From an uncultured Gemmatimonadales bacterium (GTDB lineage Bacteria > Gemmatimonadota > Gemmatimonadetes > Gemmatimonadales > GWC2-71-9), in NCBI GenBank assembly GCA_963779755.1, contig CAVZZO010000001.1, positions 1,568,001 through 1,632,000 of the forward strand: a stretch of 64,000 nucleotides of DNA. Direction: 5' to 3'. Position numbers and translations under genes: made by a program. Shown one piece after another: positions 55,533 to 64,000 of the stretch. Under the pieces are notes generated by a model. The model did no database searches and was not told where the DNA came from. It was given only the letters and a program-made list of their open reading frames with translations. Numbering within the stretch: the first letter of the stretch is position 1; each line of letters starts with the position of its first letter.

Positions 55533-57080
55533 CTAGGTAGCCTGACTCCGCAACTCCCGGTCCACCTCCTGACCCAGCCGCACCACGATGTGGGGCAGCG
55601 CGTCCACGTCTTCCTCCCGGGTGTTGAAGTTGACGATGCAGGCACGGAGCAGATAGTGGCCGCGCACCACGGCGTTGGAAACGAAGGCTTCACCCGAATT
55701 CTGTATGCGCTCGAGCAGCGCTTCGTTGAGCGTGTTCAGGTAGGCCTGTCCCTCGGGGCTCCCCCGGCCCGCCCGGAGATCCGCCGGAATGAACCGGAAG
55801 GTGGTAATGCTGAGGGCCTGGGTCCAGGCTTCCAGCTCGGGCTGCTCGGACACCCGGGTAAACATCCGCTCACTCAGACGGATGTCGTCGCTGATCATCC
55901 GCGTATATCCGGCTCGTCCCGCCTGCCGCAGGCCCAGCCAGACCTTCAGGGCCCGGAATCCGCGGGAGTTCTGGGGGCCGAAATCCACGTAGTTCGTGGC
56001 TTCCATACCGAAGTGGTAGTAGGGCGGATGATACGAGAACGCCTGCCGCAGCCGCTCCGGGTCGCGCACCAGCACAAATCCCGCCTCTATCGGGGCGTAG
56101 AGCCACTTGTGGGGGTCCATCGCCACCGAGTCGGCCTGCCCCAGGGCCTGGAGGTCCGCCGGCGTACCAGGGACCGCGGCGGCCAGGGCGCCGTAGGCCC
56201 CGTCCACATGGAACCACGCTCCGGCCTGCCGGCAGATGGTCGCGATCTCGGCCAGCGGATCGACCGCCCCGGTGCTAACCGAGCCGGCCGTTCCCACTAC
56301 CATGAGCGGTCGAATGTCCGCCTCCCGGTCGCGTTGCAGCGCCTCTCGCAGGGCTGCGGGGTCCATCCGCAGGTCGTTATCGGTGGGAATCCAGCAGATG
56401 GCGTCCGTCCCCAGGCCGGCCAGATCGGTGCCCTTCTGCAGCCAGGTATGGGTCTCGACCGACGCATAGACCCGCAGGGGCCGGGCCGCAGGACTCGCCA
56501 GACCCTGCTTCCGGATGTCCCAGTCCGCGGCGGCGGCGCGGGCCGCAAGCAGCCCGACGAAATTGGCCATATTACCACCGCTCACGAAGAGGCCGCCGCA
56601 CTCGCGGGGATAGCCGATCAGCTCGGCCACCCAGCGCACCGCCTGGGCTTCGATCTCGGTGGCCATCGGCGCCAGGCGCCAGGCGCCCACGTTGGCGTTC
56701 ACGGCGGCGGCCAGCAGGTCGCCCAGCATCCCGATCGGCGTCGGCGACGAGGTGATATAGCCGAAAAAGCGAGGATGGCCGTTGAAGAGTGAGTGGTCGA
56801 ACAAGAGCCGGGCAGTCGAGCCCAGGAGCTCGTCCGCTCCCATGCCGGATTCCGGCAGGGCGCGATCGCCATCGAGCAGGGCGCGAAGCGCCGCGGGCGA
56901 CTCCCCGGTGGTCACAGGGCGGTCGGGAAGGGAGCCGAGGAATTCGGCCACGGCGTCCACCAGAGCGTTCCCCACCCGGCGGAATTCCTCCGGCGACAGG
57001 GAGAGCGGCGTCACACGCCGACGGGGCGGGGGCTCCGCCGGGGAGTCGCCGGTCTCCTTACCTTCCCACTTTCTGTTCAT
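55533..57080 (-). CDS. Group II PLP-dependent decarboxylase
   Basis: HPRFFGYI, SGGNMAN, TAGSVSTGAVD, HVDGAYG, DPHKW. Confidence 0.9.
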   Translation of the reverse strand: MNRKWEGKETGDSPAEPPPRRRVTPLSLSPEEFRRVGNALVDAVAEFLGSLPDRPVTTGESPAALRALLDGDRALPESGMGADELLGSTARLLFDHSLFNGHPRFFGYITSSPTPIGMLGDLLAAAVNANVGAWRLAPMATEIEAQAVRWVAELIGYPRECGGLFVSGGNMANFVGLLAARAAAADWDIRKQGLASPAARPLRVYASVETHTWLQKGTDLAGLGTDAICWIPTDNDLRMDPAALREALQRDREADIRPLMVVGTAGSVSTGAVDPLAEIATICRQAGAWFHVDGAYGALAAAVPGTPADLQALGQADSVAMDPHKWLYAPIEAGFVLVRDPERLRQAFSYHPPYYHFGMEATNYVDFGPQNSRGFRALKVWLGLRQAGRAGYTRMISDDIRLSERMFTRVSEQPELEAWTQALSITTFRFIPADLRAGRGSPEGQAYLNTLNEALLERIQNSGEAFVSNAVVRGHYLLRACIVNFNTREEDVDALPHIVVRLGQEVDRELRSQAT

Positions 57081-57133
57081 TGTCGGCCTCACTGGCTCTG
57101 ATGCTGGCTGGATGGTTCCGGTGCCGGGAAACA

Positions 57134-57167
57134 CTACAGCCTCACGGTGGAAGCCGTGAGGCTGTAG
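57134..57167 (-). terminator. Hairpin terminator after lipoprotein paralog A
   Basis: CTACAGCCTCACGG-N6-CCGTGAGGCTGTAG, perfect 14-bp stem. Confidence 0.65.
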
Positions 57168-57224
57168 CCCGCATCCTAATCAGGCCCCGATCCACCGCGG
57201 TAGTGGACCGGAGAATTGGCTAAC

Positions 57225-58049
57225 TCAGTCGGAGCAGTGCCCGGGACCGGTCAGGCCGTTGTTGTAGCTGTCCAGCAGGCCAGCCATCGCGATCAGCTGA
57301 TCGCGAGTGAGGCTGGAGCTGCCGGGATCGGTGAAGTAAGCATCCGCATCGGACAGCGCCTGCTGCACGTTGGCCGGTGCTGAGGCGCCGCTCGCTACGT
57401 TCAGCGTCGCCGCGATGAACTGGTAGCCCAGGATGTAGTAGGCGTTTCCGTGCGCGGGAGTATTCAGGACTCCAAGCCAGGTCTGGCCGCTGGTATAGAA
57501 GGTGGCCGACGGCGAGTAGGGAGAAGGCCAGACACTGGTGTGGTTCTTCCAGTAGCCCTGGGTCAGGGTGCAACCGTTGGACGGCGGAGTCACCGGGTCG
57601 TTGTAATAGTCGAGCAGCAGGCCGACATCGCCGCTGTACCTGCCGCTGAACGTCGGCGTGCCAGTGATGTCGGAGCCCACGACTGGCGTGCCACTCGGGA
57701 CCGAGTTGGTTGTCGGGGTGATGTGATTCAGTACGTAGGACGGATCGGAAAGCTCGGTGACCGTGATGTTGTGAATCCCCGGAACACCGTTGTTCGCCCC
57801 GAGCACCGCGCACTCGCCGTCGGCGAGGCTGATGCTCTGGGTGGCGCCGCCGTCGATGGTGTACTCGAAGTTCGCCGCAGTGCCGTGCTTGCACAGCTCG
57901 GCCTCGGCCAGTTCCACGACGTCGTTCGCGCTGAACTGCGGCTTGGCGCTAGACGCGGTCGAGCTCTGGGTCGGCTCGCTGCAGCCGACGACAATGCTCG
58001 CGGCGAGCGCCACAAGGGCGGGTGCCACGAAGTGCCTGATCTGGGACAT
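57225..58049 (-). CDS. Uncharacterised lipoprotein, paralog A (GCTLTQGYWKNH domain)
   Basis: GGAGGA RBS; lipobox VVGC; highly similar to 58452..59264. Confidence 0.85.
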   Translation of the reverse strand: MSQIRHFVAPALVALAASIVVGCSEPTQSSTASSAKPQFSANDVVELAEAELCKHGTAANFEYTIDGGATQSISLADGECAVLGANNGVPGIHNITVTELSDPSYVLNHITPTTNSVPSGTPVVGSDITGTPTFSGRYSGDVGLLLDYYNDPVTPPSNGCTLTQGYWKNHTSVWPSPYSPSATFYTSGQTWLGVLNTPAHGNAYYILGYQFIAATLNVASGASAPANVQQALSDADAYFTDPGSSSLTRDQLIAMAGLLDSYNNGLTGPGHCSD

Positions 58050-58058
58050 GGGGATGAT

Positions 58059-58164
58059 TCCTCCGAGTGTGAGACCTGACTGACATGCAGCGGGGCCACC
58101 GGATGCCGACAACGTACTCCCGGGGAGCGATGCTGCCATGAAACTGCTGTGAAAAATCCTGCAC
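58059..58164 (-). promoter_or_regulatory. Conserved structured 5' leader, copy A
   Basis: Aligns with 59271..59375; GGCAGC..GTTGTC stem with an inner hairpin. Confidence 0.45.
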
Positions 58165-58371
58165 GTTTGGATCGGGAGAGCAACGGCCCGTTCCGGCCAC
58201 CGGTGAAACACCCGCTAGAAACAGGCTAGCTAACTTCTGGTCAGGTCCAACCGGTCAACATACTTTAGGACAACAGCTTACGAGTTTCTTGACAGTTTGT
58301 TTGCCCGCCCCGGTGTAGCAAGGGAACAGCAGCTTACGAGGGGTCTACCCGACAGGGAGCCGGAAACGAGG

Positions 58372-58400
58372 CAGCCCCACGGACGTAAGCCGTGGGGCTG
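58372..58400 (-). terminator. Hairpin terminator after lipoprotein paralog B
   Basis: CAGCCCCACGG-N7-CCGTGGGGCTG, homologous to the 57134 hairpin. Confidence 0.65.
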
Positions 58401-58451
58401 GCGCTGACCGCATCTCCATCCCGGCCGGCGGTACGGCCGGAGCTCCGGTGA

Positions 58452-59264
58452 TTATACGGTGCAGTGCGACACTCCGCCCAGCCCTTTGTTGTAGTTGTCC
58501 AGGAGCGCGGCCAGGTTGGTCAGGTCGGTCTTGGTCAGGCTGGAGGCGCCGGGATTGGTGAAATAGCCGGCGGCGTCGTTCAGCGCCTGCTGCACGGCGG
58601 GGGGCACGGTCGCCCCGCTCGCCTTGTTCAGCGTGGCCGCAATGAACTGATAGGCCAGGATGTAGTAGGCATTGCCGTTGGCCGGCGTGTTCAGCACCTG
58701 GAGCCAGGTCCGGCCGCTGGTATAGAAGGGTGACGACGGCGAGTACGGCGCGGGCCAGTCACTGATGTGGTTCTTCCAGTACCCCTGGGTCAGGGTGCAG
58801 CCGGTAACCGGATCGTTGTAATAGTCGAACAGGAGGCCCAGATCGCCGTTGTATATCCCGCTGGCTGTGGCCGTGCCGGTGATATCGGCCCCGACCACGG
58901 GCGTACCGTTCGGCACCGAGTTGGTCGTCGGGGTAATGTGGTTCAGCATGTAGGAGGGGTCGGACAGCTCCGTGACGGTGATACTATGACTTCCCGGCAC
59001 GCCGTTGTTGGCGCCGAGCACGGCGCACTGGCCATCGGCGAGGCTGATGTTCTGGGTGGTGCCGCCGTCGATGGTGTACTCGAAATTCGCTGCGGTGCCG
59101 TGCTTGCACAGCTCAGCCTCGCCGATTTCGACGATGTTGTTGGCTGCGAAGCGAGGTCCACCGGTGGGCGCGGTCGCGTTCTGGGGAGACTCACCGCAAG
59201 CCACTACGATACCGGCCGCGAGCGCCACCAGAGCGGATGTTACAAAGCGCTTGGTCTGGGACAT
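58452..59264 (-). CDS. Uncharacterised lipoprotein, paralog B (GCTLTQGYWKNH domain)
   Basis: GGAGGA RBS; lipobox VVAC; tandem duplicate of 57225..58049. Confidence 0.85.
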   Translation of the reverse strand: MSQTKRFVTSALVALAAGIVVACGESPQNATAPTGGPRFAANNIVEIGEAELCKHGTAANFEYTIDGGTTQNISLADGQCAVLGANNGVPGSHSITVTELSDPSYMLNHITPTTNSVPNGTPVVGADITGTATASGIYNGDLGLLFDYYNDPVTGCTLTQGYWKNHISDWPAPYSPSSPFYTSGRTWLQVLNTPANGNAYYILAYQFIAATLNKASGATVPPAVQQALNDAAGYFTNPGASSLTKTDLTNLAALLDNYNKGLGGVSHCTV

Positions 59265-59270
59265 AACGGG

Positions 59271-59375
59271 TCCTCCAGGGGGTGAGGTTGACGCGCCTGC
59301 AAGGGTTGCCAGAAGCCGGCAACGTAGGCCTCGAGGGATATCGCTGCCGTGAAACTGACGTGAAGATTGTTGCAC
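59271..59375 (-). promoter_or_regulatory. Conserved structured 5' leader, copy B
   Basis: GGCAGCG..CGTTGCC stem; aligns with copy A. Confidence 0.45.
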
Positions 59376-59662
59376 TCGAAAGCCCAACAGATCGCAGGCC
59401 CTTCCCATCTCAATGCGCGGATGCCCGAGGACTGCCCAGCGTGATCCAGATCGGGTTCGATTCGCCCTAACTGCCAGAAACGAGCTAGTTTATGGTTGGT
59501 CTGTTACAATACGTAAAGAGCTCTGATGCAATGATTTGCACTTTCCTGGCAGGGATCAGGCCGTTCAGGTGTTGCATGGATGTAGCACCTGGTCGAGGGA
59601 TTTTTCCGACACGAGTCCGTTCGTGACCAGATCTTGGCCCGACCAGCCAGTTGAGGCCGGGC

Positions 59663-59689
59663 CGTCACAAGAGTCCCGGATCCCCCGTC
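59663..59689 (+). promoter_or_regulatory. ECF41-type promoter (autoregulatory)
   Basis: CGTCACA-N16-CGTC, 30 bp before the sigma start codon. Confidence 0.75.
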
Positions 59690-59719
59690 TATCATGCCAG
59701 AGAGACGAGGAGGAGCCGT

Positions 59720-60613
59720 ATGGACCGTTCTGGCGAATCAAAGCTGAGCCTGTTTGAGCGCCATGGCCCGCGCCTTTTCGGGATCGCCTACCGGATGCTG
59801 GGCGTCGTAGCCGATGCCGAGGAGGTGGTCCAGGAGGCCTATCTGCGCTGGCACGAGGCCGATTTCGCCGCGGTGCGAAATCCCGAGGCCTGGCTGGTAT
59901 CGGTAACCACCCGGCTGGCCATTGACCGGTTTCGGAAGGCGTCAACGGAGCGGATTCACTATACCGGCATGTGGTTGCCGGAACCGGTGGCGACGGAGCC
60001 CGGTGCCGCCACCGACCGGAAGGCCGAAATGGCCTCCGATCTCTCGATGGCCTTTCTCGTTCTGCTGGAGAAGCTGGGGCCGGAAGAGCGCGCCGCCTTC
60101 CTCCTGCGCGAGGTCTTCGATGCCGGCTACCCCGAGATCGCCCGCGTGCTGGGGAAGTCCCAGGCCGCCTGCCGCCAGCTGGTGCACCGGGCGCGGGTTC
60201 GGGTCCGGGGCGACCGCGTCCGGCAGGTCGTCCCGGCCGAAACGAAGGAGCGGCTGCTGGAACGGTTCCTTGCCGCTCTCGCGGCCGACGATCAGGAGGC
60301 GCTCCTCTCCCTGGTTGCGGAGGATGCTACCTGGACCTCGGATGGCGGTGGGAAGGTCCCCGCTACCCGCCGGGTGATATTCGGTGCCGGCCGGATCGTC
60401 CGGCTGCTGCTGGGCCTGGAGCGGAAGGGCCGGGGACTGGTGCGTCACACGGTGGCCTGGATCAACGGGGAACCGGCCCTCCGCACCTACGCCGGGAACC
60501 GGTTGCTCTTCACCACCGCCGTCGAGTCGGACGGGCAGCGGCTGTTGGCATTCTACCGGGTGCTCAATCCCGACAAGCTGCACCACGCCGAGACCTCACG
60601 GAGGATAGGCTGA
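59720..60613 (+). CDS. ECF41 (SigJ-like) sigma factor with SnoaL-like C-terminal extension
   Basis: AYRMLG..DAEEVVQE, WLPEP linker, DGGGK, NPDKL; GAGGAG RBS. Confidence 0.92.
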   Translation: MDRSGESKLSLFERHGPRLFGIAYRMLGVVADAEEVVQEAYLRWHEADFAAVRNPEAWLVSVTTRLAIDRFRKASTERIHYTGMWLPEPVATEPGAATDRKAEMASDLSMAFLVLLEKLGPEERAAFLLREVFDAGYPEIARVLGKSQAACRQLVHRARVRVRGDRVRQVVPAETKERLLERFLAALAADDQEALLSLVAEDATWTSDGGGKVPATRRVIFGAGRIVRLLLGLERKGRGLVRHTVAWINGEPALRTYAGNRLLFTTAVESDGQRLLAFYRVLNPDKLHHAETSRRIG

Positions 60614-60615
60614 CC

Positions 60616-61002
60616 ATGCGATTCGCCCGATGGGTCTTCCTGCTGGCCGGGATCTACGGCATCATCACCCTCCTCCCGATGTACTTCCTGGAAGGTGCGA
60701 TCATCCGGATGACGGGTTCACTGGATCATCCCGAGTACTTCTACGGGTTTGTGGGGCTCGCCCTGGTCTGGCAGCTGCTCTTCCTCCTCATCTCGCGCGA
60801 TCCCGCCCGCTGGCGGCCGCTGATGCCGGTGGCCGTGCTGGAGAAGCTGAGCTTCGGGGTGCCGGTGCTCGTGCTCACCGTCCAGGGGCGGGTGCCGGGT
60901 TCGGTGACCGGATTCGGAGTGATCGATCTGGTCTGGGGCGCGCTGTTCCTTCTTGCGCTGCCGGCAACCAGGCCAGCGGGCGTATCCTCGCAGCCGGCCT
61001 GA
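60616..61002 (+). CDS. Four-TM hypothetical membrane protein
   Basis: Starts 2 bp after the sigma stop; AGIYG, HPEYFYGF, WQLLF..DP.R.RP, LEK. Confidence 0.75.
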   Translation: MRFARWVFLLAGIYGIITLLPMYFLEGAIIRMTGSLDHPEYFYGFVGLALVWQLLFLLISRDPARWRPLMPVAVLEKLSFGVPVLVLTVQGRVPGSVTGFGVIDLVWGALFLLALPATRPAGVSSQPA

Positions 61003-61010
61003 TCGGGGCA

Positions 61011-61037
61011 GGTCACGGACCGGGCCCCCGCGCCGTC
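61011..61037 (+). promoter_or_regulatory. ECF41-type promoter of the second epimerase gene
   Basis: GGTCACG-N16-CGTC. Confidence 0.62.
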
Positions 61038-61068
61038 TGCCTGCTGGACAGACCACGGGAGGATACCT

Positions 61069-61995
61069 GTGCGGATTTTGCTGACCGGTGCGACCGGTGT
61101 AGTGGGCATCCGGGCCATCCCGCTGCTGGTGAGCGGCGGGCACGAAGTAAGCGCGGTGGGGCGCTCGCCGGCATCGCGGGAGCGCCTGCACGCCCTGGGA
61201 GCGCGGGCCATCGCCCTCGATCTCTTCGATCCCGGTGCGGTGGCGAAAGCGGTCGCGGGTCACGAGGTCGTCATTAATCTGGCAACGCACATTCCGGCGT
61301 CCCTGGGGCGGATGGTGCTGCCCTGGGGATGGCGCGAAAACGACCGCCTCCGGCGAACGGCGAGCGCCGTGCTGGCCCGGGCCGCGCGAGAGTCGGGCGC
61401 GGTGCGGTTCATCCAGGAGTCGTTTGCCCCGATCTATGAGGCCGGCGGCGATGCCTGGATCGACGAGCAGTGGCCTGCCCGCCCCACCCGGTATAACCGC
61501 ACGGTGCTGGATGCGGAACGGTCCGCCGCCCGGTTCACGGATCAGGGCGGCCAGGGAATCGTCCTGCGCTTTGCGTGCCTCTATGGCCCCGATGATTTCG
61601 CCCGGACATTCATCGCCACGGTGCGGAAGGGATGGTCGCCCCTCCCGGGCCGCCCCGACGCATTCATCTCGTCCATCGCCCAGGCGGATGCCGCAGGCGC
61701 GGTGGTCGCCGCCCTGGCCCTTCCACCGGGCATCTACAACGTGGCCGACGACCAGCCGCTCACCCGGCGCGACCATGTGGCCGCCCTGGCCGGCGCGCTC
61801 GGCGCACCCATGCCCCGGTTTGCTCCAGCCTGGACAGCCCGGCTCCTGGGATCGGTGGGCGACGTGATGTCCCGCTCGCAACGGATATCGAACCGGAAGC
61901 TGCGCGCCGCCGGCTGGAGGCCGCGGTATCCCAGTGCCCGGGAAGGCTGGCCCGCGGTGGTGGGGGAGTTGGCACGGACTGAGCTTGAGGCCTGA
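61069..61995 (+). CDS. NAD-dependent epimerase/dehydratase family (atypical SDR)
   Basis: GGAGG RBS; LTGATGVVG, INLAT, LRF..LYGP; related to 46933..47862. Confidence 0.9.
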   Translation: MRILLTGATGVVGIRAIPLLVSGGHEVSAVGRSPASRERLHALGARAIALDLFDPGAVAKAVAGHEVVINLATHIPASLGRMVLPWGWRENDRLRRTASAVLARAARESGAVRFIQESFAPIYEAGGDAWIDEQWPARPTRYNRTVLDAERSAARFTDQGGQGIVLRFACLYGPDDFARTFIATVRKGWSPLPGRPDAFISSIAQADAAGAVVAALALPPGIYNVADDQPLTRRDHVAALAGALGAPMPRFAPAWTARLLGSVGDVMSRSQRISNRKLRAAGWRPRYPSAREGWPAVVGELARTELEA

Positions 61996-62020
61996 GGACT
62001 AACGGCCCGGGAGTGCGGCC

Positions 62021-62617
62021 TCATTCCTCATGCCTCACCCCTTCCATCCCTTCAATCGCGATAATCGGCACCATGACCAGCGCCGCCACCGGGTCGGCCC
62101 ACCACCAGCCCAGGAGTCCGTTCAGCGCGACGCCCGCCAGTGCGATCGCCGAGAGATAGGCGCAGATCGAAGTCTGCCTGGCCTCCTGGCGCAGAGCCCC
62201 GCTGGCCAGCGCCTGGGCCACCCGCCGCTTGGCGCGCGCCAGCACCGGCATGACGATGACGGAGAGGACCAGGACGAGAATGCCCAGCGGGCTGCGCTCC
62301 GGGCGCTCGTGGCGGAGCAAGGTGCCGCCGCTCTCCCAGAGGATCCACCCCGCCAGCGCCAGAAAGCTGACGCCGGTGATGCGATGGGCGATGCGTTCCA
62401 CCCGCTCGCGACGCTCCGGGTCCAGATCGGCCCTGAGCCGCCACTGTGCCGCTCCACTGGCCGTTACCTCGATCACGCTGTCCAGCCCGAAGCTCAGTAG
62501 CGCCACGCTGCCCGCCAGCCAGCCCAGCACGATGGAGGCCGCTGCTTCCACCACGTTGTAGCCGATCGTGAGCCAGTTGAGTACCAGCCCGCGCCGGACC
62601 AGCCGGGGACGGTCCAT
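62021..62617 (-). CDS. Cation diffusion facilitator-like cation transporter (short form)
   Basis: YNVVEA, SVALLSFGLDSVIE, WWWADPVAAL. Confidence 0.85.
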   Translation of the reverse strand: MDRPRLVRRGLVLNWLTIGYNVVEAAASIVLGWLAGSVALLSFGLDSVIEVTASGAAQWRLRADLDPERRERVERIAHRITGVSFLALAGWILWESGGTLLRHERPERSPLGILVLVLSVIVMPVLARAKRRVAQALASGALRQEARQTSICAYLSAIALAGVALNGLLGWWWADPVAALVMVPIIAIEGMEGVRHEE

Positions 62618-62624
62618 GTGCCGG

Positions 62625-63227
62625 CTACTTCCGGGCGCTTGCCATCTCTTCTTCCACGATCCGCGTGCCCAGAACCGCGAGGAACTGCCCGATCCAGGCC
62701 GGATGCGCCGGCCAGGCGGGTGCCGTGACCAGGTTCCCGTCGGTCACCGCTTCGTGGATCTTGATGTCGGCATATTCCGCACCGGCGAGCCGCACCTCGG
62801 GAGCGACGGCAGGGTAGCAGGACACCCTGCGGCCCTGGATGACGCCGGCGGCGCTCAGGATCTGGGCGCCGTGGCAGATGGCGGCCACCGGCTTGCCTTC
62901 CTGGAAGAAATGCCGGACAATCTTGAGGACCCGCTCATCCAGGCGCAGATACTCCGGTGCCCGGCCGCCCGCGATGGCGAGCGCGTCGTACTCTTCGGCC
63001 TTGACCTCGTTGAAGCTGGCATTCAGGGCAAAGTCGTGGCCCCGCTTCTCGGAGTAGGTCTGGTCACCCTCGAAATCGTGAATCGCGGTGCGGCACTTTT
63101 CGCCGGCACCCTTCCCGGGACAGACCGCGTGCACCGTGTGGCCGACGGCCTGCAGGGCCTGGAAGGGAACCATGACTTCATAATCCTCGGCATAATCGCC
63201 GACCAGGAAGAGAATCTTTTTTGACAT
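62625..63227 (-). CDS. DJ-1/PfpI family protein
   Basis: [26 protein letters not shown] nucleophile elbow, DGNLVT. Confidence 0.93.
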   Translation of the reverse strand: MSKKILFLVGDYAEDYEVMVPFQALQAVGHTVHAVCPGKGAGEKCRTAIHDFEGDQTYSEKRGHDFALNASFNEVKAEEYDALAIAGGRAPEYLRLDERVLKIVRHFFQEGKPVAAICHGAQILSAAGVIQGRRVSCYPAVAPEVRLAGAEYADIKIHEAVTDGNLVTAPAWPAHPAWIGQFLAVLGTRIVEEEMASARK

Positions 63228-63356
63228 GAGAGCCTCCGCTCGGGAGAACAGGCAAAGAGGGAAACGGGAAAGGGCCGGGCTCGGATTGTAAACGCTTTGC
63301 CGCCCACCGGCATCCCACGCGCTGAACCGACCGGGGGCCACCCGGGAGCCAACCTA

Positions 63357-63938
63357 TTGCCTGAGCCGCCCAGTCTCGACGATGCCCTGGCTGCGCGCGC
63401 CCGCGAGGGCGACCGGGCCGCGCTGGAAGCGCTGGCGGCCCGCTGCCGGCCGCTGGTGTACCGCTGGGCCCTGGTGCGCTCGGGCGACCGGGACGAGGCG
63501 GAGGACGTGGCGCAGACCGTCTTGCTCCGGTTGGTCGCGCGTCTCGGCGGCTTTCGCGGCGAAGCCCGGTTCACCACCTGGCTCTATCAGGTGACCCGGA
63601 GCGTGGTGGCGGAATTCGCCCGGCGTCAGAGCCGCCGGCGCCGGCTGGCCGAAGCGCAGGCGCGGGAACAGGAACCCGGCGCGTCGCCGCTCGAACACAA
63701 CGCGCTGGATAGCGGCGCCCTGGCCCGGCTGGTGCGCGCCGAGTTCGACCGGCTGCCGCCGCGGCAGCGTGAGGTGCTCGATCTGGTGGACCTGCAGGGG
63801 CACTCGGCGGCCGAAGCGTCCCGGATGCTGGGCATCGAGCCGGCCACCGCCCGGGTGCATCTGCTCCGCGCCCGGCGCGCCGTCCGGGCGGCGGTGCTCG
63901 CCACGCAACCGGCCCTGGTGGAGGATCGCGGCGCATGA
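63357..63938 (+). CDS. ECF RNA polymerase sigma factor
   Basis: AEDVAQ, FRGEARFTTWLY, LPPRQREV, A..LGI...TARVHL.RAR; start uncertain (63297 or 63357). Confidence 0.88.
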   Translation: MPEPPSLDDALAARAREGDRAALEALAARCRPLVYRWALVRSGDRDEAEDVAQTVLLRLVARLGGFRGEARFTTWLYQVTRSVVAEFARRQSRRRRLAEAQAREQEPGASPLEHNALDSGALARLVRAEFDRLPPRQREVLDLVDLQGHSAAEASRMLGIEPATARVHLLRARRAVRAAVLATQPALVEDRGA

Positions 63939-64000
63939 ACTGTCAGCCCTGGTTGGACCAGATGCTCGAGGCCGAGCCGGAGGAGCTCCGGGGCAGGGGA
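63935..64000 (+). CDS. Probable anti-sigma factor N-terminus (truncated by window end)
   Basis: ATGA overlap with the sigma stop; MNC start as in zf-HC2 anti-sigmas. Confidence 0.55.
   Translation, partial: MNCQPWLDQMLEAEPEELRGRG

Noticed and set aside
58059..58164. c-di-GMP-I riboswitch call for the duplicated leader
   Set aside because: Only a GGCAGC..GTTGYC resemblance; the GGCAAA/GAAA/GACGCAAA 5' elements are absent

Overview
High-GC bacterial chromosomal window; the gene repertoire (many lipoproteins, SARP/BTAD-TM-TPR regulator, Ig-repeat lipoproteins, DUF885, HEAT + HD-GYP pair) suggests Gemmatimonadota, which is an inference. It holds about 55 CDS, three intact tRNAs (Thr-CGT, Leu-GAG, Pro-GGG), one interrupted tRNA-Pro copy, a histidine-kinase remnant and several families of small intergenic repeats. 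No integrase, transposase or CRISPR array was seen. Most notable: (1) a membrane-spanning SARP regulator next to two lipoprotein genes whose promoters both show three 11-bp-phased heptamers 8 bp before a -10 element; (2) an ECF41 sigma factor with three matching GTCAC(A/G)-N16-(C/T)GTC promoters, one about 12 kb away; (3) a Cyc2-like cytochrome-porin with a partner cytochrome c; (4) two homologous unannotated ~100-aa proteins, one behind an orphan NarL-type regulator; (5) a Ddl-like ATP-grasp ligase coupled to a four-zinc-ribbon metallopeptidase; (6) a HEAT + degenerate HD-GYP pair sharing an N-terminal motif; (7) a duplicated lipoprotein cassette with a conserved structured leader; (8) a recurring P-x-[FL]-[SA] motif after the lipobox in unrelated lipoproteins. 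All calls come from reading motifs by eye; no database searches were run.
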